Shown here piece after piece: positions 28,988 to 38,824 of a stretch of DNA of 64,000 nt (its first letter is position 1; each line of letters starts with the position of its first letter). This DNA is from an uncultured virus (IMG/VR IMGVR_UViG_3300038423_000674) (taxonomy: Duplodnaviria > Heunggongvirae > Uroviricota > Caudoviricetes), in IMG/VR virus record IMGVR_UViG_3300038423_000674. One strand, given 5' to 3'. The translations under genes were made by a program, and so were the position numbers. Under the pieces are notes generated by a model. The model saw only the letters and a list, made by a program, of their open reading frames with translations, did not search any database and was not told where the DNA came from.

Positions 28988-29262
28988 TGGCGGAAAAGAA
29001 GAAAAGGCTGAAAAGGACCGCCCGCGGATTCGCCATCTACGGCAGGATCAACGATTTGGACGGGAGGCCGCTGAAGGTGGTGCGATCCAGCGCCATGGGG
29101 CCGAGGGCCATGAGGGTGTACGTCGACGGCTGCCTCATGGAAAACGACCAGCCGGTCCCCCTCAAGCCGAACCAGGAAATTCTGGCCGGGGCCCACCTCG
29201 ACGTGGGACAGGCCAGATGGCTCATGAACGCCCTTCGACGGTTCGTCGAGGGGGAAGAATAG
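28987..29262 (+). CDS. hypothetical early protein
   Basis: RTARGF...VVRSSA...AHLD; coupled start. Confidence 0.7.
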   Translation: MAEKKKRLKRTARGFAIYGRINDLDGRPLKVVRSSAMGPRAMRVYVDGCLMENDQPVPLKPNQEILAGAHLDVGQARWLMNALRRFVEGEE

Positions 29263-29294
29263 GCCCCGCCGCGGGATTTCGACAGGATGGACGA

Positions 29295-29690
29295 ATGGAC
29301 GAGGAACGGACCAAACCGAGGCTCATAAACACCTTCGACCAATGCAAGGCGGCCGGGGGCGACCGGATAGCCATCCTCTACAAGGCGGGCGACTACGGCA
29401 GGGGCGGCACCTCCGCCTGCGTGCTGGTGGCGCGCATCAAGGACGGCAGGGAGGTCGTGACCGACCCCAAGGCCCACTTCCTGGACTACGGGCGCAAGGC
29501 GTTCCCCGTCCACCGCTACCTCCAGGAGGGGCCCTTCCACCTGGCCAAGCGGGAGGCGATCCGGCAGGCCATGGAATGGGCCTGCCAGAAGTACGGCCCC
29601 AGGGAGTTCGCGAAGAACCGCATGCGGGACTACGTGGAGAAGGAAGTCAACGAGCGCTTCCCCATCCCCGAGCGCAAGAAGGAGCCATAA
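29295..29690 (+). CDS. hypothetical early protein
   Basis: Start MDEERTKP; genome-like codon usage. Confidence 0.65.
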   Translation: MDEERTKPRLINTFDQCKAAGGDRIAILYKAGDYGRGGTSACVLVARIKDGREVVTDPKAHFLDYGRKAFPVHRYLQEGPFHLAKREAIRQAMEWACQKYGPREFAKNRMRDYVEKEVNERFPIPERKKEP

Positions 29691-29691
29691 G

Positions 29692-29967
29692 ATGAAGAAA
29701 AACAAGAAGAAGGAACCCAAGCATCCAGTACAGCCGCTGGTCACCATGCCGAAGGGTACGGTCCGGTTCAAGGCGAACAAGATCGTGCAGTTCCTGTACG
29801 ACACCAGCAGGAACAAGATGAACGAGCTGGCCCTCATGCCGTTCAGCAACGAGGACAGGGAGCAGTTCGCCCAGCTCATCGGCTACTCGCTCGGCGGGTT
29901 CGGCGAGCTTCCCTACGTCAGCGACGAGACGTACCGGAGGGCGGCTCGGCAGCGGGTCCACGAATAA
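29692..29967 (+). CDS. hypothetical early protein
   Basis: RFKANKIV...QFAQLIGYSLGGFGELPYV. Confidence 0.7.
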   Translation: MKKNKKKEPKHPVQPLVTMPKGTVRFKANKIVQFLYDTSRNKMNELALMPFSNEDREQFAQLIGYSLGGFGELPYVSDETYRRAARQRVHE

Positions 29968-30016
29968 TCCCTAAGAATTTCGTGTAGCCCGGTGTATACT
30001 ATAGGCGGGAGGAAAC
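29966..30016 (+). promoter_or_regulatory. early-type promoter repeat plus RBS
   Basis: AATCCCTAAGAATTTCGTGTAGCCCGGTGTATACTATAGGCGGGAGGAAAC. Confidence 0.8.
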
Positions 30017-30019
30017 ACA

Positions 30020-30481
30020 ATGAACCTGGAATTGAAGAAGCTGGTCACGCACCGAGGGATGGAGGGGCAGGGCTACAACGCCGAGCTGTACGCCGATGGC
30101 AGGCACATGGGGCACGTGCTCGACGAGGGCTGCGGCGGGTCGCCATTCGTCTACTGGAAGAATCCTGCCGACAGGACGGCGGTGGAGGCCTACATCGGGA
30201 CCCTGCCGGTCGAGGTCTTCGACCCGAAGGCCGACCCCACGGGGGCCGAGCTGTGGCCGGACGGGATGAAGCAGAACCTTGAGACCGTCCTCGGCAAGCT
30301 GGTGGATCGGACCCCGTTCCAAAAGAGGATCAACCGCGACCTCAAGAAGTACGTATGCTTCCGGCTCCCCAAGGACGTGGAGCCCGACTACCGCATGATA
30401 AGAATTGCCCCGACGCCCGAAGCCATCGCAAGGGTGCGGGCCAAATACCCGCAGGCAGCCATCCTAAACGAGGTGAAATAG
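30020..30481 (+). CDS. hypothetical early protein
   Basis: Strong RBS; YNAELYADG...DEGCGG. Confidence 0.75.
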   Translation: MNLELKKLVTHRGMEGQGYNAELYADGRHMGHVLDEGCGGSPFVYWKNPADRTAVEAYIGTLPVEVFDPKADPTGAELWPDGMKQNLETVLGKLVDRTPFQKRINRDLKKYVCFRLPKDVEPDYRMIRIAPTPEAIARVRAKYPQAAILNEVK

Positions 30482-30482
30482 C

Positions 30483-30986
30483 ATGGGAACCTACCCAAAG
30501 GTAGTCCAGCTCGGCGTGGTGGAAAAGCCCCAGTTCGGCATGAGGCAACTGGTGGACTGGGAGGCCCTGGTCAGGACGGACACCGACATGCCCGACGGGC
30601 ATTCCGTGTTCGGAATATACCTCAAGAAGTTCCCGGACGGATGGAAGGCGCTGTGGATGTCGGCGGTCGAGGAAGGAAAGCCCGTCCCGTGGCGCGAGGA
30701 GGCGTACCCGACGCGGCTGGCGGCGGCGCAAGGGATCGTCGCCGAGGCCCATGAGGCGTTCGTGGCATGGGAGAAAAAGGAACGCAGGGAAGAGGAGAAA
30801 AAGAAGGACGAGAAAAGGCGGGCAGCCCAGCGCTGGCAGTCCGCCAAGCAGAGCCTGCTCAACCTCGTACGCCACCACAGGGAGAACGACGTGCCCGACT
30901 GCGGCGTGGAGCTGTGCCTGATCCGGGAGATTGCCGAGAAGGCGGGCCTGGAGTTCACCGAGGAAGAAAAGCCGCTATTCATATGA
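30483..30986 (+). CDS. hypothetical early protein
   Basis: 167 aa, GAGGTG RBS. Confidence 0.7.
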   Translation: MGTYPKVVQLGVVEKPQFGMRQLVDWEALVRTDTDMPDGHSVFGIYLKKFPDGWKALWMSAVEEGKPVPWREEAYPTRLAAAQGIVAEAHEAFVAWEKKERREEEKKKDEKRRAAQRWQSAKQSLLNLVRHHRENDVPDCGVELCLIREIAEKAGLEFTEEEKPLFI

Positions 30987-31348
30987 CGAACGGAGAAAAA
31001 GCCATGAGCGAAATCGACGTCACCTTAGTATTCGGGCAAAGCGCCCCGTATAAGGCGGGGCAGGACCTGAAGGACAAGCACTACAAGCCCCCGAAGGAGT
31101 TCGAGCACGCGAAGGACTACGTCGTGGCGAGAATCCCCAAGGGAGGTGCGGACGGTCACGCGGTCGAAATCGTCGAGTGCCGCTACCCCGCGGCTTTCTA
31201 CAAGATCGTCGCCAAGCCCGGGTGCAACAGCATGGGGAACGCGCAGCGCGGGTTCACCCTGACCACGGGCAGCGACGGCCTCACGGACAGGCTGGTATGG
31301 GTGATTGCCCTGCAAATCAGCAGGGGGATGCTGGAAGTGAAGGAATAG
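30983..31348 (+). CDS. hypothetical early protein
   Basis: ATGA overlap with the previous gene. Confidence 0.6.
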   Translation: MTNGEKAMSEIDVTLVFGQSAPYKAGQDLKDKHYKPPKEFEHAKDYVVARIPKGGADGHAVEIVECRYPAAFYKIVAKPGCNSMGNAQRGFTLTTGSDGLTDRLVWVIALQISRGMLEVKE

Positions 31349-31368
31349 CGAGTTCCGGGAGGACCACG

Positions 31369-31770
31369 ATGGCAGCAAAAGATATGCCCACGTCCGGGAA
31401 GTGGGAATGGAAAAGGTTCGACGAGGCCCAGGTCGTCGTCATCGCCAAGGCCGGGCCGAAGGACATGCCCCTCGTCGCCGTATGCACGGGGCCGGACAGG
31501 GAGGCGAACGCCAAGTTCCTATGCGCCGCCAAGGCCAGGCACGACCTGGAGCAGGCCTCCAGGAACGTACCTGCACTCACGAAGACGCATTTCTCCCTGG
31601 AGATGATGGACGACGAAGGAATGTGGTGGGGGATCGACCTGAAGGGATCCCCCCAGGAGCTGAAGCGGCTCAACAGGAAAGAGATTGCCAGATGCAGGAA
31701 GCTTTCCCGCCGCATGCGCATAGTGAGGGTGGAGGAATCCACGACGAGGACGGTCGTAGAGGAAATCTGA
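31369..31770 (+). CDS. hypothetical early protein
   Basis: GGAGG RBS; TSGKW...EANAKFLCAA. Confidence 0.65.
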   Translation: MAAKDMPTSGKWEWKRFDEAQVVVIAKAGPKDMPLVAVCTGPDREANAKFLCAAKARHDLEQASRNVPALTKTHFSLEMMDDEGMWWGIDLKGSPQELKRLNRKEIARCRKLSRRMRIVRVEESTTRTVVEEI

Positions 31771-31783
31771 ACGGGAGGACGAC

Positions 31784-32005
31784 ATGGTAACGGAAGGGGA
31801 ATGCCCCCACCAGGGGGTTGACAAGTACGTGACGACGCACGGCATGGCATGCAGGGAATGCTTGACCAAGGAGGACTTCGACGCCTACCCGGGATGGACG
31901 GACGAGCTCGGGAAAAAGCATGCGGGGATGAGGGAGCAACTGGAGACCAGCAGGGCCAGGACCGACCAGCTCGCCAGAAACCTGGGGAGAGCCAGCGCCG
32001 GATAG
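31784..32005 (+). CDS. hypothetical protein
   Basis: GGAGG RBS; CPH...CREC. Confidence 0.6.
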   Translation: MVTEGECPHQGVDKYVTTHGMACRECLTKEDFDAYPGWTDELGKKHAGMREQLETSRARTDQLARNLGRASAG

Positions 32006-32014
32006 GGACGGAAG

Positions 32015-32242
32015 ATGCGGGACTTCCTCGACAAGCTCGTCCAGGAAACGTGGTGGCTCATGGGCATGCCGCTGCGGGTGGCGATGGCGCTCATAATGTC
32101 GCTTGCGCTCATCGACAGCGCCGTCACGCTGTGCCTGACCTATGACAAGGAGGCCAAGGCCCTGATGGACGAGATATGGAGCCTCCTGTGGTACGTGTGG
32201 AAATGGGCCGTGGTGCTGCCAGAAGGGCTGAGGAATCCCTAG
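32015..32242 (+). CDS. small membrane protein
   Basis: Hydrophobic; its TAG stop lies within the next promoter repeat. Confidence 0.55.
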   Translation: MRDFLDKLVQETWWLMGMPLRVAMALIMSLALIDSAVTLCLTYDKEAKALMDEIWSLLWYVWKWAVVLPEGLRNP

Positions 32243-32268
32243 AAATTTGATGTATCCCGATGTATAAT
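32233..32268 (+). promoter_or_regulatory. early-type promoter repeat
   Basis: GAATCCCTAGAAATTTGATGTATCCCGATGTATAAT. Confidence 0.8.
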
Positions 32269-32288
32269 GATGATGGAAGGAAAAGGAC

Positions 32289-32522
32289 ATGAAACAGACG
32301 AGGGTATACGCGGGATTGCGGGCGGTAAGGGAATTCAGGAAGCGAGCCGAGGGCGACAGCTACGAGACGGTCCCCGATGGGAAGGAACTCCTGGTGTTCG
32401 ACGTCCTGGTCAGCCGGGACGACCTGAACTACATGGCTGCCAGGGCGGCGAGGAACAAGAACGGGAAGTGCAAGGCGGGCCCCGTGACGGTCATAATCAC
32501 CCATCGCGAGCGCACGTCCTGA
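32289..32522 (+). CDS. hypothetical early protein
   Basis: RAARNKNGKCKAGPV; directly behind the promoter. Confidence 0.7.
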   Translation: MKQTRVYAGLRAVREFRKRAEGDSYETVPDGKELLVFDVLVSRDDLNYMAARAARNKNGKCKAGPVTVIITHRERTS

Positions 32523-32550
32523 CGTGCGCCGCAGGCAAAGGAAAGGGACG

Positions 32551-32958
32551 ATGAAGATCAAGGACCTCAAGCCGGAACAAGTGGTATGGATGACGATGCG
32601 CCGCAGGATGGGCCACACCATGATGAAGTCCACCGACGTATTCTCGGTGAGGATCATCAAGGTGCACCTCGCGGAGCCCCCGGCGAGCGACTACGTCGTT
32701 GCCTCGTGGAACAACAACCGGCCGGAGAGGTTCTACGCCAACAACGTGAAGCACTGGCGCAAGGACAAGCCTGTGATGGTACGGACGACGCTCGGAAGCC
32801 AGCGTCGGGCCACCCGCCAGGAGATCAAGGAAATGAAAGAAAAAGAAGCCTTTCGGATTGCTGGGCAGACCACCGGATGGCTCGGAGCAATACATGATGC
32901 TGGGGATGAGAAAAAGGAGAGAGCAAATGCGACTCCAGAAGAAGCTAGTGCAGGATAG
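32551..32958 (+). CDS. hypothetical early protein
   Basis: MKIKDLKPEQVVW...ASWNNN. Confidence 0.65.
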   Translation: MKIKDLKPEQVVWMTMRRRMGHTMMKSTDVFSVRIIKVHLAEPPASDYVVASWNNNRPERFYANNVKHWRKDKPVMVRTTLGSQRRATRQEIKEMKEKEAFRIAGQTTGWLGAIHDAGDEKKERANATPEEASAG

Positions 32959-33292
32959 GATTGAATCAAAGCGCATTAGGCTGGACGGAACGTCGGAGAA
33001 CCCCATCATCAACTTCAAGAAGACTTACCTCGCCCACACGATTTTCGGGTGGAGCCTGGGTAAGTTTCACCGAGAGTGGTTTGGCCTGACGCTCGCATCT
33101 CCTTGCGATGTAGTAGTCTCCCATCAGCTTAACGACATCGACGACCTGTACGAGGTGGTTTTGCCGAAAATCAGGCGTCAGCCAACGCAAAACAGCATGG
33201 TCACGGCAAAGCGAAAGAAGGAAGGCGCATGCCTGAACTGTGGAAGCAAGGAGCACAAGGATCCGTGCCCCAGGGAAGAAGACGAATACTAA
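32927..33292 (+). CDS. hypothetical protein with C-terminal zinc-knuckle-like motif
   Basis: AGGAG RBS; CLNCGSKEHKDPC. Confidence 0.55.
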   Translation: MRLQKKLVQDRIESKRIRLDGTSENPIINFKKTYLAHTIFGWSLGKFHREWFGLTLASPCDVVVSHQLNDIDDLYEVVLPKIRRQPTQNSMVTAKRKKEGACLNCGSKEHKDPCPREEDEY

Positions 33293-33323
33293 GTGGAAAA
33301 AATCCTTAAATGGAGGAATGCCG

Positions 33324-33614
33324 ATGAAGAGGAAGCCAAAGTACGGACTCAAACAGGTCGTGGCGGAACTGACCTACGCGCCCGGCCCAAGCATGACGTT
33401 ACCCCCGAAGCGGGTCGACAGCGGGCACTTCTACAAGGTTTGTGGGGTAAGGGAACTGGTATTGCCGGAGAAGCTCACCTACGAATACGACCTCGGGTTC
33501 GGCACGTCATGGCTGCCGGAAGGCTGGATGCGCCCCCTCACCAAGCGGGAGTGCCACGGGAAGAAGAAGCGGAAAGCGCGCCGCACCACGAAGTTCGGGA
33601 AGCTTTGCTTCTAG
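33324..33614 (+). CDS. hypothetical protein
   Basis: GGAGG RBS; KPKYGLKQVV...WLPEGWMRPLTKRE. Confidence 0.6.
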   Translation: MKRKPKYGLKQVVAELTYAPGPSMTLPPKRVDSGHFYKVCGVRELVLPEKLTYEYDLGFGTSWLPEGWMRPLTKRECHGKKKRKARRTTKFGKLCF

Positions 33615-33624
33615 GCCTCAATGC

Positions 33625-34347
33625 CTAGTCCGGCACCTCGACCACGAGCACGTGGTCGGCGACGACCGTGACGTCCTCCCCGAGGTACCTCTTTCCCTTG
33701 ACCTCTATGGTATGCGGCCCGGCGGGCAGCCTGAACTCCTTCAGGTCCCCGGTCTGCCCGGCCAGCCCCCCGTCGATGTAGACGGGGTCGCCGTATGCCT
33801 TGTCCTCTATCCTGACCCAGCCGGTGCCCTCGCCCTGCCCGGGCGCGACGCCCACCTTCTGGTCGGGATGCAGCGTATCGCAGGCGTAGTAGTTCCCGTC
33901 CTCCACCACGATGTAGATTGGGTCGTCATATCCCCAGAAGTAAGGCCCGACCTCGTAGGGCCAGAAGGCGAACCCCCAGTAGAGCCCGCCGTACCAGAAC
34001 CACGGATGTCCCCAGCCATGCCCCCATCCGTGCCCCCATGGGCCGGGACGGACGCCATGCCAGGGGCGGAATGGGTGCGCCGGGCCGAACCGGGCGGCGT
34101 AGCGGGCCGGGGAAATGCCGCGGGCCTGGCCGCCGAGCCGGGCATAGTTGCGGGGCGGGGCATAATTACGGGAGGGGGCGTAATTGCGGGACGGGGCGGG
34201 GGCGGAACGCCCCCCGGACGAATAGTGGGTGCCCGACGAACGCGGGGCGGAAGCGGGCGCAGACGAGCCTCGCCCAGCGTTGCGCTGGGCGGGCAGGGGA
34301 ACGGCGGAAACGAGCAGCGCCGTCAGTACAGCTACGAATCTCTTCAT
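33625..34347 (-). CDS. secreted PEGA-domain protein with low-complexity repeats
   Basis: Signal peptide MKRFVAVLTALL; three RNYA repeats; GWGH repeats; VYIDGGLAG...LPAGPHTIEVK. Confidence 0.7.
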   Translation of the reverse strand: MKRFVAVLTALLVSAVPLPAQRNAGRGSSAPASAPRSSGTHYSSGGRSAPAPSRNYAPSRNYAPPRNYARLGGQARGISPARYAARFGPAHPFRPWHGVRPGPWGHGWGHGWGHPWFWYGGLYWGFAFWPYEVGPYFWGYDDPIYIVVEDGNYYACDTLHPDQKVGVAPGQGEGTGWVRIEDKAYGDPVYIDGGLAGQTGDLKEFRLPAGPHTIEVKGKRYLGEDVTVVADHVLVVEVPD

Positions 34348-34533
34348 GGGTTGCCTCCGTGCAATCTCGGTGGTTTGATGGTGCCCGGCCCCGTGGGGTT
34401 GCAAGGGGGCCGGGCGGATCGGCTATGATGTCCTGATGGCGGCCTCGCCCCGGTCGGTCACGAAGCCCATGAGCATTATTAAAACCTTCCATTTTTTCCT
34501 CAACATTGGGTATACTACTACCGGAAATCAAAA

Positions 34534-34983
34534 ATGATCAAACAACCGATTGTCTGTGTCCTCTGTGGAGGAACGCCCGCCTATTCCATCCCACATATGT
34601 GTCGAAGCAACCCCCCGGCCCCACTGTGCGCTGGGTGCTTCCATTCTGCGGCTCGCTGCGGATGCGGTAAAGAGCCAACGAGCATTGCTTGTTCCCCCGA
34701 TGGCTATGCTTTCTTCTGCGAAGAACATACCGAACGAGGCCGCCTTCTCTACGAATATGTAGAAAAGCATTACCGTGGCTACGAGTATGCATTCTATGCT
34801 TACGGGGGCTGGTGCAAGAACGTCAGGGCCGATGGCACGGTTTGCGGCAGGCCCGCCAAGCTTGCTCGCCCATGTGTGGACCCAGTGCCCGTCCTCTACT
34901 GCGATCTGTGCATGATCGCCTTCATAGAATCGGTTTCTCATGATCCTGAAGTAGTAGAATTCATAAATACCGCAAAATCATAA
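34534..34983 (+). CDS. Cys-rich hypothetical protein
   Basis: Multiple CxxC motifs; GGGTATACT promoter variant upstream; lower GC. Confidence 0.55.
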   Translation: MIKQPIVCVLCGGTPAYSIPHMCRSNPPAPLCAGCFHSAARCGCGKEPTSIACSPDGYAFFCEEHTERGRLLYEYVEKHYRGYEYAFYAYGGWCKNVRADGTVCGRPAKLARPCVDPVPVLYCDLCMIAFIESVSHDPEVVEFINTAKS

Positions 34984-35088
34984 ACTTATCCCATCCTTGA
35001 AATCCTCAAGAATCCCTCCGAGTGGGTTGTATACACGCCCGATGCTTCGGACTCGACCCCATGCTTCGCTTACTCGTGGGACGCCTAC

Positions 35089-35400
35089 ATGACGTTCGTC
35101 GAAAACGAAGAACCGAAAGCACGCGAGGAACGGAAGGCCGAAGAGACCGAAGCCCGTGGCGCACCCTATACCAGGGCTTGGGAAACTGAGCTAAGGAAGC
35201 TTGACGAAAAGAAACCGGGCGGGCTGCTCAACTTGGCGGGCAAGGTCACCGGAATCTTCTCCAGCCTTGAGGAATTTCAACAAACATGGCCTTCGGCACC
35301 AGAGGACTACATCAAGGTCGGAGGCACTTTCATCACCACGCACCTCTGCAACAAATACAAAAGACTGCTTCTTTCCCGGGTCGAGGACGGACTCAAATAG
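35089..35400 (+). CDS. hypothetical protein
   Basis: 103 aa ORF converging on the structural block. Confidence 0.45.
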   Translation: MTFVENEEPKAREERKAEETEARGAPYTRAWETELRKLDEKKPGGLLNLAGKVTGIFSSLEEFQQTWPSAPEDYIKVGGTFITTHLCNKYKRLLLSRVEDGLK

Positions 35401-35415
35401 AGCCTCGTTTCCGTA

Positions 35416-37326
35416 CTAGGCCTTGATGGCGGCCTCGCCCTGGGACTGGGGAATCTCCGCCTTTTCCACCCCTTTGGGCTCGGCCTTCTGGTCGCGGTCG
35501 GTCACGAAGCCCGCCGATCCGGTGGCTTCCTTGCCGATGATTTCCTTTATTTCATTGCCGTCGTCGCCTGCGGTGCCCTCGTGTCCATCCTCCCCTTCCT
35601 TTTTCTGGTACTCGGGCTCCTCTGCGGCCCCGCCTTCCGTCCCGGCCCCCTCCTCTGGGAGGCCCTCGTCCTCTCCGGGCTCCGGCAGCTCGACCCCCAG
35701 GTTGCTCGCCAGGTTCTCCACGCCGGCCGCTATCTCGTCCAGCGAGCGGTAGAGCTCGACGATGGCACCCGCTATCTTCTCCGGGTCCTCTTCGGCGAGG
35801 CGTCGGAACTCGGCGGCGTACTTCTTCCGAGAGGCGATGCGCTCCCTCAGTGAGGCGGACCTGGGCACCGCAAGGTCCAGGTTCTCCCTCAGATAGGACA
35901 GGGAACTCCCCATGACCTGGAGGGACTGGGAAAGCTCCCCGATGGCGTCCGCCACCTTCTTCGGCTCCTTTGCCGCCACCTCCCTCATCCGGCCGTACTC
36001 GCGGGCCCTTCTTTCCTTGGCCATCTCGGCGACCTTCTCCCTGAGCGCTTCCCTCGACGATTTCTTTGCCATGTTGTCCTCCGCCGCCTTTGCGGCTCCT
36101 ACTATGGGTTTGGTATTCGCTGGCCTTGGTTTTCCGCCGCCCGTCTTCAGCGTGTCCTGGCTTATGACCCTGCCCGAGGGATAGGCGACGGCCAGCATGT
36201 TGCCAATCGGGTCTGACCGGAGGTTCACCTCCCTGGCATAGAACCCCTCCGGCGTCTCGAATACTCCCACGGTGCGGTTCAGCTTCCTCGCCTGCGTCTT
36301 GGCCTCCCAGAGCGCCTCGGTGAAGGCGGGCGAGGTGGTGCTTGTGGCCCGCTTGTTCCTTGCGGATGCCGTCCTGGTCAGGTCGCAATGGCACGGGCTG
36401 CATACGCACTGGGACTCCGGGCGGTCGCAGGCGTCGCAGTAGGCGTCCTTGGCCTTCTTGGATGCCCAGGATACGAAGTTGGTGCCGCCCTTCCCGGCCT
36501 TGGACATCAATTCTTGCAGGACCTTGTCCTTTCCGAGCTCGGGGCTGTAGCGGACGGTGGAGCTTCCCCCGGGGTTCGGATGGTTGTCGGCCAGATGCCG
36601 GTGTGCCTCCCCCTCGGAACCGAATGGCCCGTATGCCCTGGCGTTCTCCCTCCAGTCCCACGCATCCTTGGAGGAGCCATAGTCTTCGAGGACGTAATAC
36701 CATTGCCCGGGCTGCCACTCCACGAACTCGCAGTTATGGCCCGTGGATGCCTTCTTCTCCGCTCCCGTCATGTGGTATGGCCCCCCTGGTATCTCCGGCT
36801 CTATCGTGTGCCTCAGCGGCCTTTTCGGCGTGCTTCCCGGCTCGTCGTCGTCGTCGTCGGGCTGGCTCGTGACCTCGCTGAGCATGCCCCACGGGTCGGC
36901 CTTGACGTCGGCCGCTGGATCGCCCTCGGGGTACAGCGACCGCCCTGCCGGGGGCGGGGTCGCCGCCCTCTTTCCGGGCGGGGCCACGATTCCCTTCCTG
37001 ATCATCTCCAGTTCCTCCTCTGGAGTAATACCCTGATCCTCTACCTCAATGGGCCGCCCACCGGGCTCCTCGTGCGTGATCCCGTGCTCCTTCGCCCATC
37101 CCGGGGTCGTCAGCTCCTCCTGCGTGGCGACGGTCAGGCCATATTCGCGCATCGCCTCGATGACTCGGTCGGTGTATTCCGCCTTGACCAGCTCCGAGCC
37201 CCCGTTCTCGCGCCTCCATTCGTCCAGGCCGAACATGTCGGCGAGCCACTCCCGGCCCCTCCTGCTTTCCGGGGTGAAGGACGTGAACGACTCGGTGCGG
37301 GAGACCATCATGTCCAGGATCGGCAT
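35416..37326 (-). CDS. multidomain head-associated protein with K-x-A-separated modules; internal start at 36072
   Basis: Small domains separated by KRA/KKA/KAA; C-terminal helical acidic region. Confidence 0.7.
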   Translation of the reverse strand: MPILDMMVSRTESFTSFTPESRRGREWLADMFGLDEWRRENGGSELVKAEYTDRVIEAMREYGLTVATQEELTTPGWAKEHGITHEEPGGRPIEVEDQGITPEEELEMIRKGIVAPPGKRAATPPPAGRSLYPEGDPAADVKADPWGMLSEVTSQPDDDDDEPGSTPKRPLRHTIEPEIPGGPYHMTGAEKKASTGHNCEFVEWQPGQWYYVLEDYGSSKDAWDWRENARAYGPFGSEGEAHRHLADNHPNPGGSSTVRYSPELGKDKVLQELMSKAGKGGTNFVSWASKKAKDAYCDACDRPESQCVCSPCHCDLTRTASARNKRATSTTSPAFTEALWEAKTQARKLNRTVGVFETPEGFYAREVNLRSDPIGNMLAVAYPSGRVISQDTLKTGGGKPRPANTKPIVGAAKAAEDNMAKKSSREALREKVAEMAKERRAREYGRMREVAAKEPKKVADAIGELSQSLQVMGSSLSYLRENLDLAVPRSASLRERIASRKKYAAEFRRLAEEDPEKIAGAIVELYRSLDEIAAGVENLASNLGVELPEPGEDEGLPEEGAGTEGGAAEEPEYQKKEGEDGHEGTAGDDGNEIKEIIGKEATGSAGFVTDRDQKAEPKGVEKAEIPQSQGEAAIKA

Positions 37327-37327
37327 G

Positions 37328-38809
37328 CTATCTCCCCACCCCGTCGTGGCCCGGGTTGTTGGCGTGGTGGTCCCGCATGCAGAGCATGCAGAAGTTCCCC
37401 TTGCACTCGGGGCACGCCTTGAGGTCCTCGCCGCCGCCGCAGCCGCGGCACTTGGGCGGCACCCACCGCCCTTTCTGGGCGGAGGTCTTGGGTTCGGAAG
37501 GCGGGACGGGAGGAGCTTCCGCGCCCTCCTCCTTCACCTTTGCCCTCTCCGCCCGGTCCCTCCCGGATTCCTCCAGCTTTTTCTGCCGCTTCTCCTCGCC
37601 GATTTTCACCAGGGTGCGGACGAGGAGGGGAAGGACGCTCTCCTGCCCGTGAAAATGCGTCCTGACGTACGTCTCCATTACGATGGGCAGGCCGAACAGA
37701 AGCTCCTTCATGGAAGGAAGCTCAATGACCCTGCCAAGCCCGTTGATTATGCCCAGTTCCTTGGCGTTGAGGCCATTGCGGGTGGCCTCGTCCCTGTAGC
37801 GCTTCACCAGCGCCTTCTGGGCGTCGTCCAGCACTTGGCCCCGTTCCGTGACCAGCCTCGGCTTGTCGACGGCAAGGCGGTTCTTGCTGCTGTCGTCCCT
37901 GTTCTGGAGGTACGTCCATCTCCTTTCGATGTCGTCCAGCTTGGGAACCATCCCGTGCGCCTGGGTCCCCTCGTGCAGGATGCTGAGGAGGCGCATGGTC
38001 TGCCTTACGACCGGGAGGCGTTCCCTCTTGAGGAGCCATTCCCTGAACCCGTTGGCGAACCTTCCGATGGTCACGTTCTTGGAGCGTCCGGTGTAGTCCC
38101 CCATCTCCACGGCCTCCTCGGCCTGCTCGAAGTCCCGGGTGCCGGTGGCATGCTCGGAAGTCTCGATGGGAGATGGGCCGTCTTCCGGAGTGACGGTCAG
38201 GAAATTGCTCTGGGAGAGCTCATCGGAGGGCTTCCCCCTGTCCTCCAGGTACCTGACGACCCGCCTCATCTCGCTGCCCCTGCTGTTGAAGTGGCTCTTG
38301 AGGACCTGGGTGACCTGCTTGACGAGCGGGAGCTTGTCGAAGCCGGGATGCTCTGGGGAGGCGGCGAAATTTTCCAGGACGTGCTTGAACTTGGACGGAC
38401 TGAGGAACTTCCGGCTCCCCAGCACCCTGATGACGATCTCCCGGATGGCGTCGTCTATGATGTCCTCGTTGAACGTCCCCGCCTTCGACCTCAGGGTCGT
38501 ATAGATGAAGCTCGCCCAGTTCATCTTGTCGTCGACGGGCAGGCCCGCCTCGCGTATGTATGTCTTCACATATTCGTCTATGTTCCTGTCGAACCCGAGG
38601 CGGAGCATGGACGCCAGGCGGACGAACTGGGGCGGCACGGGATCGAACCCCGTGGCGTCGACCGGCCCGCCGTCCAAATCCGCGAGCTTGAAGCTCAGCC
38701 CGTCCTTCGTGGCGACGCTGGACAGGACGAGGAACACCCGGCCGTCGGTCGATCCGACGATGCGCCCGGGGACGATGAGGCGGGATTCCGCCGTCTTGCG
38801 GGAAACCAT
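37328..38809 (-). CDS. hypothetical protein with C-terminal Zn finger
   Basis: CRGCG...CPECKGNFCMLCMRDHH. Confidence 0.7.
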   Translation of the reverse strand: MVSRKTAESRLIVPGRIVGSTDGRVFLVLSSVATKDGLSFKLADLDGGPVDATGFDPVPPQFVRLASMLRLGFDRNIDEYVKTYIREAGLPVDDKMNWASFIYTTLRSKAGTFNEDIIDDAIREIVIRVLGSRKFLSPSKFKHVLENFAASPEHPGFDKLPLVKQVTQVLKSHFNSRGSEMRRVVRYLEDRGKPSDELSQSNFLTVTPEDGPSPIETSEHATGTRDFEQAEEAVEMGDYTGRSKNVTIGRFANGFREWLLKRERLPVVRQTMRLLSILHEGTQAHGMVPKLDDIERRWTYLQNRDDSSKNRLAVDKPRLVTERGQVLDDAQKALVKRYRDEATRNGLNAKELGIINGLGRVIELPSMKELLFGLPIVMETYVRTHFHGQESVLPLLVRTLVKIGEEKRQKKLEESGRDRAERAKVKEEGAEAPPVPPSEPKTSAQKGRWVPPKCRGCGGGEDLKACPECKGNFCMLCMRDHHANNPGHDGVGR

Positions 38810-38824
38810 GTGGGCCCTCGCCAG

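Noticed and set aside
27095..32268. Dispersed ~36-50 bp repeats as a CRISPR array or attC sites
   Set aside because: Separated by whole genes, non-palindromic, contain a -10 box and sometimes an RBS; no cas or integrase genes.
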